Assembly (NCBI GenBank): GCA_001029635.1
Contig: CP011209.1
Coordinates: 16,983 to 80,982, forward strand
DNA from: Candidatus Wolfebacteria bacterium GW2011_GWB1_47_1
Lineage (GTDB): Bacteria > Patescibacteriota > Minisyncoccia > UBA6257 > UBA9933
Direction: 5' to 3'
DNA length: 64,000 nt
The notes beneath the pieces were generated by a model that was not told the origin of the DNA, did no database searches, and saw only the letters and a program-made list of their open reading frames with translations. Below are positions 10,702 through 19,138 of the stretch, in pieces. The first letter of the stretch is position 1. Each line of letters begins with the position of its first letter. A program made the position numbers and the translations under genes.

Positions 10702-11038
10702 TATGGTGATTATTTGCTTACTATTACCGTTAATTTATTCCGGACGTGGGTAAACAAAAAACCCACCACCAGATAGGCCTTACGGCCATATGCAAGTTTC
10801 CCTGCATAACGCAACAAGCGATCCTGATGATGGGATCTTTAAGCTTGTTGCGATTTTGCACCATACCTATCGCCGAGGCGGTAGGGTTAGGCACTTGCCC
10901 TTGCGGGCTCTATTCGGTTGTTAGCTTGATTATACGGCAAAAAATACGCTTTGGGTATGTTTATAACTTTTTACACTAAACCTGCCTCTATTGGGCTTAT
11001 TTTGCCCGTACATAGGTATTGGAATAAAAAGAGGGCCA

Positions 11039-11434
11039 TTACTGATCCTCTCTTAAATCCCATAGCTTCCAATAGAGGTCGCTATTACCCCTTTCTAAAC
11101 GCGGGTCTTTTTTTAATTTTTTATAAATTTGATCCTGTATATAATAAGCATCACTCCAAATATGCTCTTTTGATAATGTCTCATTATCTATCCCCTCCCG
11201 ATATGGATTATCTATTTCAAACTCAATTTCTGACGTCTTTACGAGAAAATGTTCAATCCAGTGATAATCAGTATTTGTATGTTCTTGGTTCCAATATGTC
11301 TTTATTATTATAGGCAACTCATTAAGCACTACTTTTATCTCTGCTTTTTGATACTGCAAAAAATGCTTCATTCCGTCCTCATAAAGCTTTATCTGTTCAG
11401 GAGTTGGTTTTTCTTCAAAAGAAATTTTAGTCAT
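11039..11434 (-). CDS. hypothetical protein
   Basis: 131 aa ORF with no recognisable motif. Confidence 0.5.
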   Translation of the reverse strand: MTKISFEEKPTPEQIKLYEDGMKHFLQYQKAEIKVVLNELPIIIKTYWNQEHTNTDYHWIEHFLVKTSEIEFEIDNPYREGIDNETLSKEHIWSDAYYIQDQIYKKLKKDPRLERGNSDLYWKLWDLREDQ

Positions 11435-11447
11435 GTATTATGTATAT

Positions 11448-11972
11448 TTAATCAATATTCACATGATCCGTTCTGATGCAAACGACATTAAATATTTCTT
11501 GCGTAAAAAACCCGAAAATTCTCCCGCCTCCTGAATATTGAACCTCTAAAATCTCAACCTCAGGAGATAAATTTCTATACAAAAATTCATACTTGCCTGA
11601 ATTCCCCACTTTATCTCTTATTAGTCCGGATTGTTGCGCGTCAGATTTTGTAGTCGCATTTATTTCAGAAAATTTACGGATTAGCGACTTCGCAGCTTCT
11701 TTCTGAATTTCATCGATTTGCCTATGCTCTAAGCTTTTTTGTTTTAAATGAATTGAGATGTTTTTCCCCTCGGGATCATCTCCGGTTGGAATAGTGATAG
11801 CGTCTGGTATTTTTCCTGCAAATAAAGTTTGTTCGATTGCCTTAACGGCATGTTCTAAATAAGGGGAAATCTCCTTATCCTTATTTTCTTTCCCAAATCT
11901 TTCGATCAATTCAAAAGCCTTAGCCTTAAACCATTTACTGTCCTTTTTTGATTTCTTCGAGCCTTCTCCCAT
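11448..11972 (-). CDS. hypothetical protein; candidate toxin partner of the upstream Panacea-domain gene (possible RelE/ParE-like fold at the C-terminus)
   Basis: 174 aa. Its start overlaps the 3' end of the DUF4065 gene by ~38 nt. The C-terminus GKYEFLYRNL...GGGRIFGFFTQEIFNVVCIRTDH loosely resembles the RelE/HigB pattern (..YRI.Y.....V.VL.IGHR). Confidence 0.45.
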   Translation of the reverse strand: MGEGSKKSKKDSKWFKAKAFELIERFGKENKDKEISPYLEHAVKAIEQTLFAGKIPDAITIPTGDDPEGKNISIHLKQKSLEHRQIDEIQKEAAKSLIRKFSEINATTKSDAQQSGLIRDKVGNSGKYEFLYRNLSPEVEILEVQYSGGGRIFGFFTQEIFNVVCIRTDHVNID

Positions 11973-12417
11973 AATATTCTTTCATAAGATCGGTGTTGAT
12001 TTCGTTATTGCAATATTCATCAATTGCACAACCGCTTCTTGCCTTTTGCCACGGTTCTTCATTATGAGTGAGGAGTTCTAAATAGTCAGCATCAAACTTC
12101 CCGTAGGCACTCCATACATTATCAAGCAATTTCTCTTCTTTATCTGATAAGGCCTCAAAATCACTTTTATTTACAGTAATACTAATATTTCCAAATCCAA
12201 ATTTTTTAAATTCAAAATATATCAATGGAATTGCTGGCCCATGAACCCATGCCTCGATTTGGTCGTCAAAAATCTTCTCCCCATTAAAAACAAGGCTCCA
12301 TGCTTGCGCATAATATAACAACTTTTGTATTTTTTTGTTAGTAATCTCCTCACCAGCAATCTGACTTTTGCTGATAAAATATTCAGCAATCACTAAACTT
12401 TTTGATTTTTGCATCAT
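11935..12417 (-). CDS. Panacea domain (DUF4065, SocA/PanA-like) protein, putative antitoxin
   Basis: 160 aa. KIQKLLYYAQAWSLVFNGEKIFDDQIEAWVHGPAIP matches the DUF4065 signature (KLQKLLYYAQ.W.L......F...I.AW..GPV). Confidence 0.65.
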   Translation of the reverse strand: MMQKSKSLVIAEYFISKSQIAGEEITNKKIQKLLYYAQAWSLVFNGEKIFDDQIEAWVHGPAIPLIYFEFKKFGFGNISITVNKSDFEALSDKEEKLLDNVWSAYGKFDADYLELLTHNEEPWQKARSGCAIDEYCNNEINTDLMKEYYGRRLEEIKKGQ

Positions 12418-12607
12418 ATTTAAAATATATATGCCTCTAATTAATTATAGCATTAAAACAACTATTTAGAATGTGCATAACTTAATCCACTCTCTAACCT
12501 GATTTTAAGGCTAAATGGGATCCCTTTTATTTCTCCATTACCCCCATGGCCATGTCGGGTTGTGTCCCGACCATGCCTATGGATAGTTTCATAATTTCTA
12601 CTGTAGC

Positions 12608-12640
12608 AACAAAAAAAAGAGGGTGCAAGCACCCTCTTCG
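12608..12640 (-). terminator. Rho-independent terminator for the clpP-like gene
   Basis: Plus strand reads A-run then AGAGGGTGC-AAGC-GCACCCTCT. On the minus strand this is a hairpin followed by a T-run. Confidence 0.7.
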
Positions 12641-12646
12641 ATAGTT

Positions 12647-13201
12647 CTACGGGATCAGGTCGATCACCTCGTCGACAAATCCCCGTTCGAGCGCTTCATA
12701 GGCGCTCATGCACATCTCGAGCTTGGAAAACCTCGTAGCCTCCTCGATCGGCTTTCCGAGTTTTGATGCGATAATCCGATATAGCATCTGTTGTCGCTTA
12801 CGGGCGCTTTTAAGCACCTCTGCAAGCTCCTCTTCGCTGTCGGTCACGCGCACCTCTGCTCGTGTATCATGAAACAGAATTTCAGCGCTTGAAAACGCTA
12901 CCCGTTTATGACACGCCTGCAGCACGATCGCGGCCGTCGAGAATGCCCGCCGATACACTACTCCTCGCACCGAAATGCTGGAATTGCGTATTAGTTCGTA
13001 CATCTGCAACCCCGCTACAACAGATCCTCCTTGGCTGTCGATGATCAGATTAACCGTTTCAAACCGCTTTACTGCATCGAGCCACATCATCGCCTTTCCA
13101 AGCTGTTCTGCCATTCTTGGCGTGACCTCTCCGCTCAGGTAGATCACACCCTTTTCGAGCATGTCTCTGAGCATTTCGCCCTCCAGTGCCGCCACGTGCA
13201 A
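12647..13201 (-). CDS. ClpP-family (S14) serine peptidase-like protein, short form
   Basis: 184 aa. IDSQGGSVVAGL aligns with ClpP INSPGGSVTAGL, RRAFSTAAIVL with GQAASMGAFLL (catalytic Ser), and ILFHDTRA with VMIHQPLG (His). The Asp position is uncertain. It is more GC-rich than the upstream island. Confidence 0.7.
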   Translation of the reverse strand: MHVAALEGEMLRDMLEKGVIYLSGEVTPRMAEQLGKAMMWLDAVKRFETVNLIIDSQGGSVVAGLQMYELIRNSSISVRGVVYRRAFSTAAIVLQACHKRVAFSSAEILFHDTRAEVRVTDSEEELAEVLKSARKRQQMLYRIIASKLGKPIEEATRFSKLEMCMSAYEALERGFVDEVIDLIP

Positions 13202-13328
13202 CCCCTCCTTTCTTTCTTCTGTTGTCTATGTGCATTGCCCGGTTGTACCCGAGGCTGTTTTGCTGTATAATGTATACAATAAATATTTAAAAATGTCAAT
13301 GTCGTGACATTACAATCATTTCATTACC

Positions 13329-13595
13329 ATGTTTGAAAAATTCTTTTCAAAACCGCGCGCCGAACATGAGGCCGCAAAAATGCAGGAAAAAATAAAGGAT
13401 GCCGGCATCACTAAGCCCACTTCTGAGGATTACGACAAGGCCGAAGAGCAAGTCGAGCAGGATATCGCAAACCGCGAAGAAGCGGCGCACGGCGAGCGCA
13501 AATACTCCGTTGATGAAAAGGGTATGGTACTCACCGACGAGGAGCGCAAACAGCGTATTGAAGAGGGCCCCGAATCACATGCCAATCAGCGATAA
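13329..13595 (+). CDS. small acidic hypothetical protein
   Basis: 88 aa, rich in E/K, followed by a strong terminator. Confidence 0.5.
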   Translation: MFEKFFSKPRAEHEAAKMQEKIKDAGITKPTSEDYDKAEEQVEQDIANREEAAHGERKYSVDEKGMVLTDEERKQRIEEGPESHANQR

Positions 13596-13599
13596 TCAA

Positions 13600-13630
13600 C
13601 AAAAAAAGACCCATTCGGGTCTTTTTTTGT
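13600..13630. terminator. bidirectional rho-independent terminator
   Basis: AAAAAAAGACCCATTCGGGTCTTTTTTT between convergent genes. Confidence 0.8.
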
Positions 13631-13636
13631 TGATTA

Positions 13637-14095
13637 TCACAATCCCATTTTGCTTTTGATCATGTCGCTAACCGCCTTTGAATCGGCGCGTCCCTTGATC
13701 TGGGGATTGATCTCCGCCATGACCTTGCCCATATCCTTAATCTCCTTTGCCTCTGTCTTTTCAATCGCAGCCGTCACGATCGCATCGAGCTCTTCGGTCG
13801 AAATCTCTTCCGGCAAAAACTCCTTAAAGATCACTATTTCGGCAAGCTCTACGTCTGCCAACTCCTGCCGTCCCGCTTCGGCATATACCGTAGCCGATTC
13901 ATTGCGGCGCTTTACCTCCTTCATCAATACATCGATCACATCCTCATCGCTCAACTCACCCTCGATCCCCTTTCCGCGATTCTCCACCTGTCGGTTGTTG
14001 ATCGCGTTCATTGCGAGGCGCAAGATGTTTGTGCGCTCTGATGTCCCCGCCTTCATTGATTCCTTTATTTTTTCCATCAGTTGTTCTTTGATCAT
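13637..14095 (-). CDS. yqeY: GatB/YqeY domain protein
   Basis: 152 aa with the YqeY-like pattern (NILRLAMNAINN..., EIVIFKEFLPEE..., AKEIKDMGKVM). Confidence 0.85.
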   Translation of the reverse strand: MIKEQLMEKIKESMKAGTSERTNILRLAMNAINNRQVENRGKGIEGELSDEDVIDVLMKEVKRRNESATVYAEAGRQELADVELAEIVIFKEFLPEEISTEELDAIVTAAIEKTEAKEIKDMGKVMAEINPQIKGRADSKAVSDMIKSKMGL

Positions 14096-14170
14096 GCTTA
14101 TGTAAGTCGTTAGTTTGAATACTTTATTATATCACCAAACAAAAATGGCACCATAGCGGCGCCATTTTTA

Positions 14171-14380
14171 TTAGAAGGTTCCCAACTTCTTCGCTGTCTC
14201 TATCTCCGTACGCTTTTCATCGCGGTAGATCGCTGCGATCCTTCGTTTGTTCTTATTGACGGCGCGTCCACGAGTGCGTCGCTTCTTTGCCTCCTTCAAG
14301 ACGCCACTTTGTTGCATCTTCTTGGAAAAGCGGTACAGAAACGCGCTTACCGACTCACCTTCTCGACGTTTTAACTCCAT
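14171..14380 (-). CDS. rpsU: 30S ribosomal protein S21
   Basis: 69 aa basic protein (...GESVSAFLYRFSKKMQQSGVLKEAKKRR...KRR) matching the S21 pattern. Confidence 0.9.
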   Translation of the reverse strand: MELKRREGESVSAFLYRFSKKMQQSGVLKEAKKRRTRGRAVNKNKRRIAAIYRDEKRTEIETAKKLGTF

Positions 14381-14421
14381 TTGGATTGGTTAATTAAATA
14401 GTTATTGATTACTTTGATACC

Positions 14422-14829
14422 TTAAACGTTAAGGATGCGATCCTTAATGACCTTCAGCGACTCCTTAGGAGGATTTCCAACAACGCTATGGAGCGAACCC
14501 CCGCCGTCATCACGCCACCGAGGCATGATATGAATATGCAGATGGTCTATCGCTTGCCCAGCAACTTTACCATGGTTGATGCCGATTGTAAAGCCATCCG
14601 GCCCCAATGCCTTCTGCAAGGTCGCCGTCACCTTCCTAACCGCCGCAAATACCGGTTCCAGCTCTTTCTCGGGCAGATCGAGGATCGTTTCGGCATGTAT
14701 TTTTGGAATGATCATCGTGTGCCCCGGGGTGCGCGGGAAGACGTCTAATATCCCCACCACGTGGTCATCTTCATAGACGATTTCAGCCTCTCGGACCTTA
14801 TTCGCAATAGCGCAAAATAGACACTCCAT
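14422..14829 (-). CDS. HIT family (histidine triad) hydrolase
   Basis: 135 aa with the HIT motif HLHIHIMPR near the C-terminus. Confidence 0.9.
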   Translation of the reverse strand: MECLFCAIANKVREAEIVYEDDHVVGILDVFPRTPGHTMIIPKIHAETILDLPEKELEPVFAAVRKVTATLQKALGPDGFTIGINHGKVAGQAIDHLHIHIMPRWRDDGGGSLHSVVGNPPKESLKVIKDRILNV

Positions 14830-14918
14830 ATTTGTTGAATTTCTAATTACTAATTTATAATTTTTAAATGATCACCCAGATATTAGGTCATCCATTAATA
14901 ATCAAGCATTAGAAATTT

Positions 14919-16232
14919 TTATTTCAGTCGCTTTTTTACTTCTTCTACAATACGCTCCAAGGGTACGCTTTCTTGCGCACCCGTTTCCATATCTCTGACG
15001 ATAATACTCCCTTCGAATACCTCGCGCTGCCCCAAGATCAGAGACAACTGCGCCTGCTCCTTATCCGCTACGCGCATTTGCGACTTCAAGGAATCCTTTC
15101 CAAATGATTCGTTAATACGCACTCCGCTTTTGCGAAATTCCTCGATCAACGCTAACCCTCGCTTCTTCGCCTCATCTCCGATATGCACCAAAAACACCCT
15201 TGCGGCTCCTCTCGGCACTATGATTTTTCCACTCGCCTTCATTACTTCGATGATGCGTTCTGTGCCAAGTGCACTCCCTACTGCCGACAACTTCCCCAGC
15301 TTTAGCGTTTCAGAAAGATAATCATACCGTCCTCCTCCGCCAAGCGCAACAGAAAATCCTTCGCCAAAGAACTCGAATACCGTACGGTTGTAGTAATCCA
15401 ACCCGCGAACCAGGTACGAATCGATATAGTACGGAATCTTCACCTCATCGAGGTATTCCAATACCTTCGTGAAATGGGCTTTGCATTCCGAATCGAGATA
15501 ATCGAGAATGATTGGCGCTTCAGCCTTTACGAGCTGACATTTTTCTTCTTTGCAATCAAGAACTCGCAATGGATTTGTACTTATGCGATTTTTGCAATCC
15601 TTACAAATCTTCAACGCATTCTTTTTATAATGCGCTTCCAGCTTTTTAATGTATGTCGCGCGACACTTGTGACATCCGATGCTATTGATATGCACCGTTA
15701 CGTTTTTTATCTTCAACTCTTCAATGATCCTGAACGCGCTCATGATCGCCTGCGCATCATATACAGGATCACTTTCGGCTCCCAAAATTTCAAATCCTAC
15801 CTGATTGAACTGCCTATATCTCCCCGCCTGTGGCTGCTCATATCGAAATACCGGTCCTTCATAATAGAGCTTCATTGGTTGTCCGAACTGGCTCAACCCG
15901 TGCTGATAATAGGCACGCATGACCGCCGAGGTGAATTCCGGTCGCATCACAAGCTTATCGCCCCCCCTCGTCTTTATGACAAACATCTCCTTTTCGACAA
16001 TATCGGTCTTTGTTCCCAATCCCCGCTCGAATATGTCCGCACCTTCGAGTACCGGCGTATCGATGCGTTGGAAATTATAAAACTCACCGACGTGTTTTGT
16101 CGCTAAACGGACCTTATCCCACAATGGCTGCTCCTCCGGGAGAATGTCGTGCATCCCCTTTACGGTCTGATATGCCATCTTCTTCTCTCTCACCTTTTTT
16201 TCCTTTTTTGGAGCGGCTTCTTTTTCTGCCAT
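14919..16232 (-). CDS. hisS: histidine--tRNA ligase
   Basis: 437 aa with HisRS N-terminal motifs (GMHDILPEE, class II motifs) and an anticodon-binding domain. The true start may be M19 (~16178, MAYQTVKGMHD). Confidence 0.95.
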   Translation of the reverse strand: MAEKEAAPKKEKKVREKKMAYQTVKGMHDILPEEQPLWDKVRLATKHVGEFYNFQRIDTPVLEGADIFERGLGTKTDIVEKEMFVIKTRGGDKLVMRPEFTSAVMRAYYQHGLSQFGQPMKLYYEGPVFRYEQPQAGRYRQFNQVGFEILGAESDPVYDAQAIMSAFRIIEELKIKNVTVHINSIGCHKCRATYIKKLEAHYKKNALKICKDCKNRISTNPLRVLDCKEEKCQLVKAEAPIILDYLDSECKAHFTKVLEYLDEVKIPYYIDSYLVRGLDYYNRTVFEFFGEGFSVALGGGGRYDYLSETLKLGKLSAVGSALGTERIIEVMKASGKIIVPRGAARVFLVHIGDEAKKRGLALIEEFRKSGVRINESFGKDSLKSQMRVADKEQAQLSLILGQREVFEGSIIVRDMETGAQESVPLERIVEEVKKRLK

Positions 16233-16337
16233 AAATTCGAAATATGAAAAGTGGAATATGAAAAATAAAGAAATATAATCCGTAGATTCTTACCCTCTCT
16301 TTCCCTTTTTCATTTTCCGCTTTCCTTCATTCGTGTA

Positions 16338-16889
16338 TTAGTATACCGGCTTTTCGAATGCCATTACCTGATTCAGTGGCCATAATCGAACCCATACCGA
16401 TCCGACAACCTCCGATCTCTTTAATGGCCCCCATTGCCGCGAATCAAAGCTTGCGTCCCTGTTGTCTCCCATAACAAAAAACTCATTCTCACCCAATGTA
16501 ATATCCTTTTCCCCCACGGTCACCAATTCGTTTGGCAAGTATACTTCACTCATCAATCTCCCCTCTTCGTGCTCAGGGTTATAGACATATAGGTTTCCCC
16601 CCGTCACTACTACTCGCTCGCCTGGCAAGCCAATAATGCGCTTGATAAAAAATGTCTTTTCATCCCCTGGGTAACGAAACACGACAACCTCTCCCCGCTC
16701 TGGCTCTCTGAACCGATACGAAAGTTCGTTGATCAGGATGTAATCACCTCCATGAAATGTCGGCTCCATACTCGCTCCACTTACTAAAAATGGCTGTACC
16801 AAAAAACTCCGGACGCCGAACACGACCAGCACTGCAACCAACACTATCTCTATAATCTCGCGAAGCGCGTAAAGGAATGATTTCATCAA
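16338..16889 (-). CDS. lepB: signal peptidase I
   Basis: 183 aa with the S26 catalytic segment GASMEPTF and GDYILINE. Confidence 0.9.
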   Translation of the reverse strand: MMKSFLYALREIIEIVLVAVLVVFGVRSFLVQPFLVSGASMEPTFHGGDYILINELSYRFREPERGEVVVFRYPGDEKTFFIKRIIGLPGERVVVTGGNLYVYNPEHEEGRLMSEVYLPNELVTVGEKDITLGENEFFVMGDNRDASFDSRQWGPLKRSEVVGSVWVRLWPLNQVMAFEKPVY

Positions 16890-16962
16890 GTTTGCTAATT
16901 TGTTAACTTCATTTTAGTATAAACGTAGGCAATGTCAAACAGACATTTTTCTTATTTTTTCT

Positions 16963-17472
16963 ATGCAAAAGACCATTTCGTTCGCCGATCTCGATATCAT
17001 TATTGCGCTCGGCAATCCCGGCCCCGAATATACCGACACCTACCATAATGCAGGCACTCTCTTTATACGATTTCTCCGAGAATCTTCTTTCGCTACCCCT
17101 CCCACCATTGAATCACTCGGTACATTCATGAATGTCTCCGGTCCCGCTGTTGCTAGATTTCTCAAAAAGGATGGTATCAAGCCCGATCACTTTATCTTGG
17201 TCCATGACGATGTTGATATTCCCCTTGGCGAATACAAATTTTCCTTTGGGAGCGGCGCTGCTGGACATCATGGCGTGGAATCAGTCATCAACTCGCTCGG
17301 GACTAAGGACTTTTGGCGATTGCGCATCGGCATTGCAAAGCATATTACAACGCCCGATGGTACTATAATCAAAAAGAAGGCGGATACGTATGTACTCAAG
17401 CCTATTTCTCAGAAAGATCTCGAACAAATGCAGATTGTATTTGAAGAAGCGGCGAAGCAACTACAAGAATAG
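16963..17472 (+). CDS. pth: peptidyl-tRNA hydrolase
   Basis: 169 aa with the Pth signature IIALGNPGPEYTDTYHNAGTLF. Confidence 0.95.
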   Translation: MQKTISFADLDIIIALGNPGPEYTDTYHNAGTLFIRFLRESSFATPPTIESLGTFMNVSGPAVARFLKKDGIKPDHFILVHDDVDIPLGEYKFSFGSGAAGHHGVESVINSLGTKDFWRLRIGIAKHITTPDGTIIKKKADTYVLKPISQKDLEQMQIVFEEAAKQLQE

Positions 17473-17479
17473 ACCGGGC

Positions 17480-17542
17480 TGTCATTCCCGCGGATGCGGG
17501 AATCCAGATATTATATAGATTCCCGCCTCCATGGGAATGACA
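17480..17542 (-). repeat. hairpin repeat copy A (composite, two hairpins bounded by TGTCATTCCC / GGGAATGACA)
   Basis: TGTCATTCCCGC-GGAT-GCGGGAATCCAG ... GATTCCCGCCTCCATGGGAATGACA. The first half is the reverse complement of the CTGGATTCC-stem-GGAATGACA unit. Confidence 0.65.
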
Positions 17543-17551
17543 ATTTGATTT

Positions 17552-17585
17552 AAAATCCCCAGGGTTAGACCCTGGGGATTTTGCT
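17552..17585. terminator. bidirectional terminator
   Basis: AAAATCCCCAGGGT-TAG-ACCCTGGGGATTTTG between pth (+) and the minus-strand gene ending at 17624. Confidence 0.75.
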
Positions 17586-17623
17586 CAACTTTTTACTAAC
17601 CTCGCAGACCTGTCGGCCCGGGT

Positions 17624-18085
17624 CTACGCGAAGGCAGTGGTCCCGGCGAATAAGGCTCCCTGGTCAAAACTAGCGACAATGTCGCAGCCGGGGCTCTCCC
17701 GCCCTGCCGAATTAATGGTGCCGATGGCCCGTATCATGGTCCCGGTGGCGCCGGAGAATCTTTTCTCAATAGAAGACCCTGCCGATGCCGCAGCCACGGC
17801 CGTTATAGCCGGCACGTTAACTGTTGCCTCTCCCCTGCCGCCGATTGCGATGATGGCGGTGCCTTCGCTCTTGAAGTTCGCCAGGATGACGACCCCTACT
17901 TTGAGGGTCGATGCCTCCGTATGGTTGAGCTGCGCGCTCGCCATCGCCGGGCCGGACTCTCGCTGGTCCGCCTGCTTATAAGCGATCTCCTTCTTTGACC
18001 TCTGGTCGGTAGCCACCGACGCCCATGCCGCACTGGCGAAAGCAAGTGAAACCATAAAGCACAGTAGCATGAGTACTTTTCCCAT
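17624..18085 (-). CDS. secreted protein, possibly GlcG/HbpS-like (DUF336)
   Basis: ORF trimmed to M18 (MGKVLMLLCFMVSLAFASAAWA signal peptide) with GAGGAGG 7 nt upstream. The Gly/Ala-rich core AIGTINSAG resembles the DUF336 AIGVSGG motif. It is clearly more GC-rich than its surroundings. Confidence 0.45.
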   Translation of the reverse strand: MGKVLMLLCFMVSLAFASAAWASVATDQRSKKEIAYKQADQRESGPAMASAQLNHTEASTLKVGVVILANFKSEGTAIIAIGGRGEATVNVPAITAVAAASAGSSIEKRFSGATGTMIRAIGTINSAGRESPGCDIVASFDQGALFAGTTAFA

Positions 18086-18242
18086 AAATGCCTCCTCGCT
18101 TGATAACTTCTTCGGATAGGAATTTCTACAACCCAAAACCTCCTTTTATGTTAGTGGTCGCCTTGAGCGAGCGACTACTTTTGTAAAAGACCATAATTGA
18201 ATGTATCTAATACTACATAATACATATTCCCCGGTCAAGCAA

Positions 18243-18276
18243 ACAAAAGGCCCAGGTATCATACCTGGGCCTTTTC
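18243..18276 (-). terminator. terminator for the SDR-like gene
   Basis: GGCCCAGGTAT-C-ATACCTGGGCC flanked by A/T runs. Confidence 0.7.
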
Positions 18277-18293
18277 GCCGTTATGGCGAAATA

Positions 18294-18986
18294 CTACTTA
18301 GACGCAAAAAGGTTGAGATCCACATACCCCGTAGACATATTGATCGCTTGAGCGACTGCCTCGACGATCTCGGATACCGGGACCATCCGTTGCGGTAACA
18401 GTTCCGTCGCAGCCCCTTCATAAAAGGGGCTTCCTTCCACCGATCCCGGTGCGATGCGATGCACGTGGATGTTCCTCGGCGTGGTGAACAACGTATCCGC
18501 CCGCATCCATTTGACGAGCACCTCCTGGGCCGCTATGGAAGCGCCATACAATCTGTCGCTCAGATAATACGGAGGCTTCTCCGTTCCATCCACCGAACTG
18601 ATCACGACGATATGCCCGTCGTCGGTCATGTGCGGCACCAGCTTTGTCGCCACATGCAGAAGACCAAGACCATAAACTTCGGCGTTTTTCATGAATACCG
18701 CCGGGTCCGTATCTCGTTTTGACGTCTTCATCTCGGCCTTAAACCCTCCGGGCTCGCGATTGCCTGCCGCGTAGATGATGACGGAGGGGTTTATTTCGTT
18801 CTTCATTAACCACTCCGAGAAATCTTCTACGCTCGTTGCATCCGTTACGTCGAGTCGCAGATGTCCAAACCTCCCGCTCCTACTCGTGCCAAAGACCAGA
18901 CTTCTCCGGTCCTCTTCCTTAAGCAGTCGGTGTGTAATCGCGGACCCGATAAACCCGCCAGCCCCAATAACCAAAATGTGTTTCAT
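18294..18986 (-). CDS. NAD(P)-binding Rossmann-fold oxidoreductase (SDR/epimerase-like)
   Basis: 230 aa with an N-terminal VIGAGGFIGSAI dinucleotide-binding motif. Confidence 0.75.
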   Translation of the reverse strand: MKHILVIGAGGFIGSAITHRLLKEEDRRSLVFGTSRSGRFGHLRLDVTDATSVEDFSEWLMKNEINPSVIIYAAGNREPGGFKAEMKTSKRDTDPAVFMKNAEVYGLGLLHVATKLVPHMTDDGHIVVISSVDGTEKPPYYLSDRLYGASIAAQEVLVKWMRADTLFTTPRNIHVHRIAPGSVEGSPFYEGAATELLPQRMVPVSEIVEAVAQAINMSTGYVDLNLFASK

Positions 18987-19077
18987 CTTTTACCTCCCTT
19001 TCAATACGTAATGATACTGATTTGTTTATAAACCATATTATTATATTAGTCAAAAAAAGCCCTTGTATTCGGCCTTC

Positions 19078-19105
19078 TGTTATTCCTGCGGATACGGGAA
19101 TAACA
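19078..19105. repeat. hairpin repeat copy B (degenerate, fully palindromic flanks)
   Basis: TGTTATTCC-TGCGGATACG-GGAATAACA. It retains the GGAT loop of copy A. Confidence 0.5.
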
Positions 19106-19110
19106 ATTCA

Positions 19111-19138
19111 TAAAAAACCACTCACATATGAGTGACTT
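19111..19138 (-). terminator. terminator for the LCP gene
   Basis: On the minus strand: hairpin CACTCA..TGAGTG followed by TTTTTTAT. Confidence 0.65.

Noticed and set aside
10744-10800. GGGUAAAC...CCCACC...AUAGG string reminiscent of the J11/12-P13 region of bacterial RNase P RNA
   Set aside because: I could not find either half of the P4 helix (AGGAAAGUCCGGGCU / ACAGAACCCGGCUUA-like) nearby. A full-length RNase P RNA on the plus strand would have to overlap ~200 nt of the credible N-terminus of the 9748..10701 protein. I treat the resemblance as coincidental unless a covariance-model search says otherwise.
14488-14776. Plus-strand ORFs inside the HIT gene
   Set aside because: They are antisense to a gene with a clear HxHxH motif.
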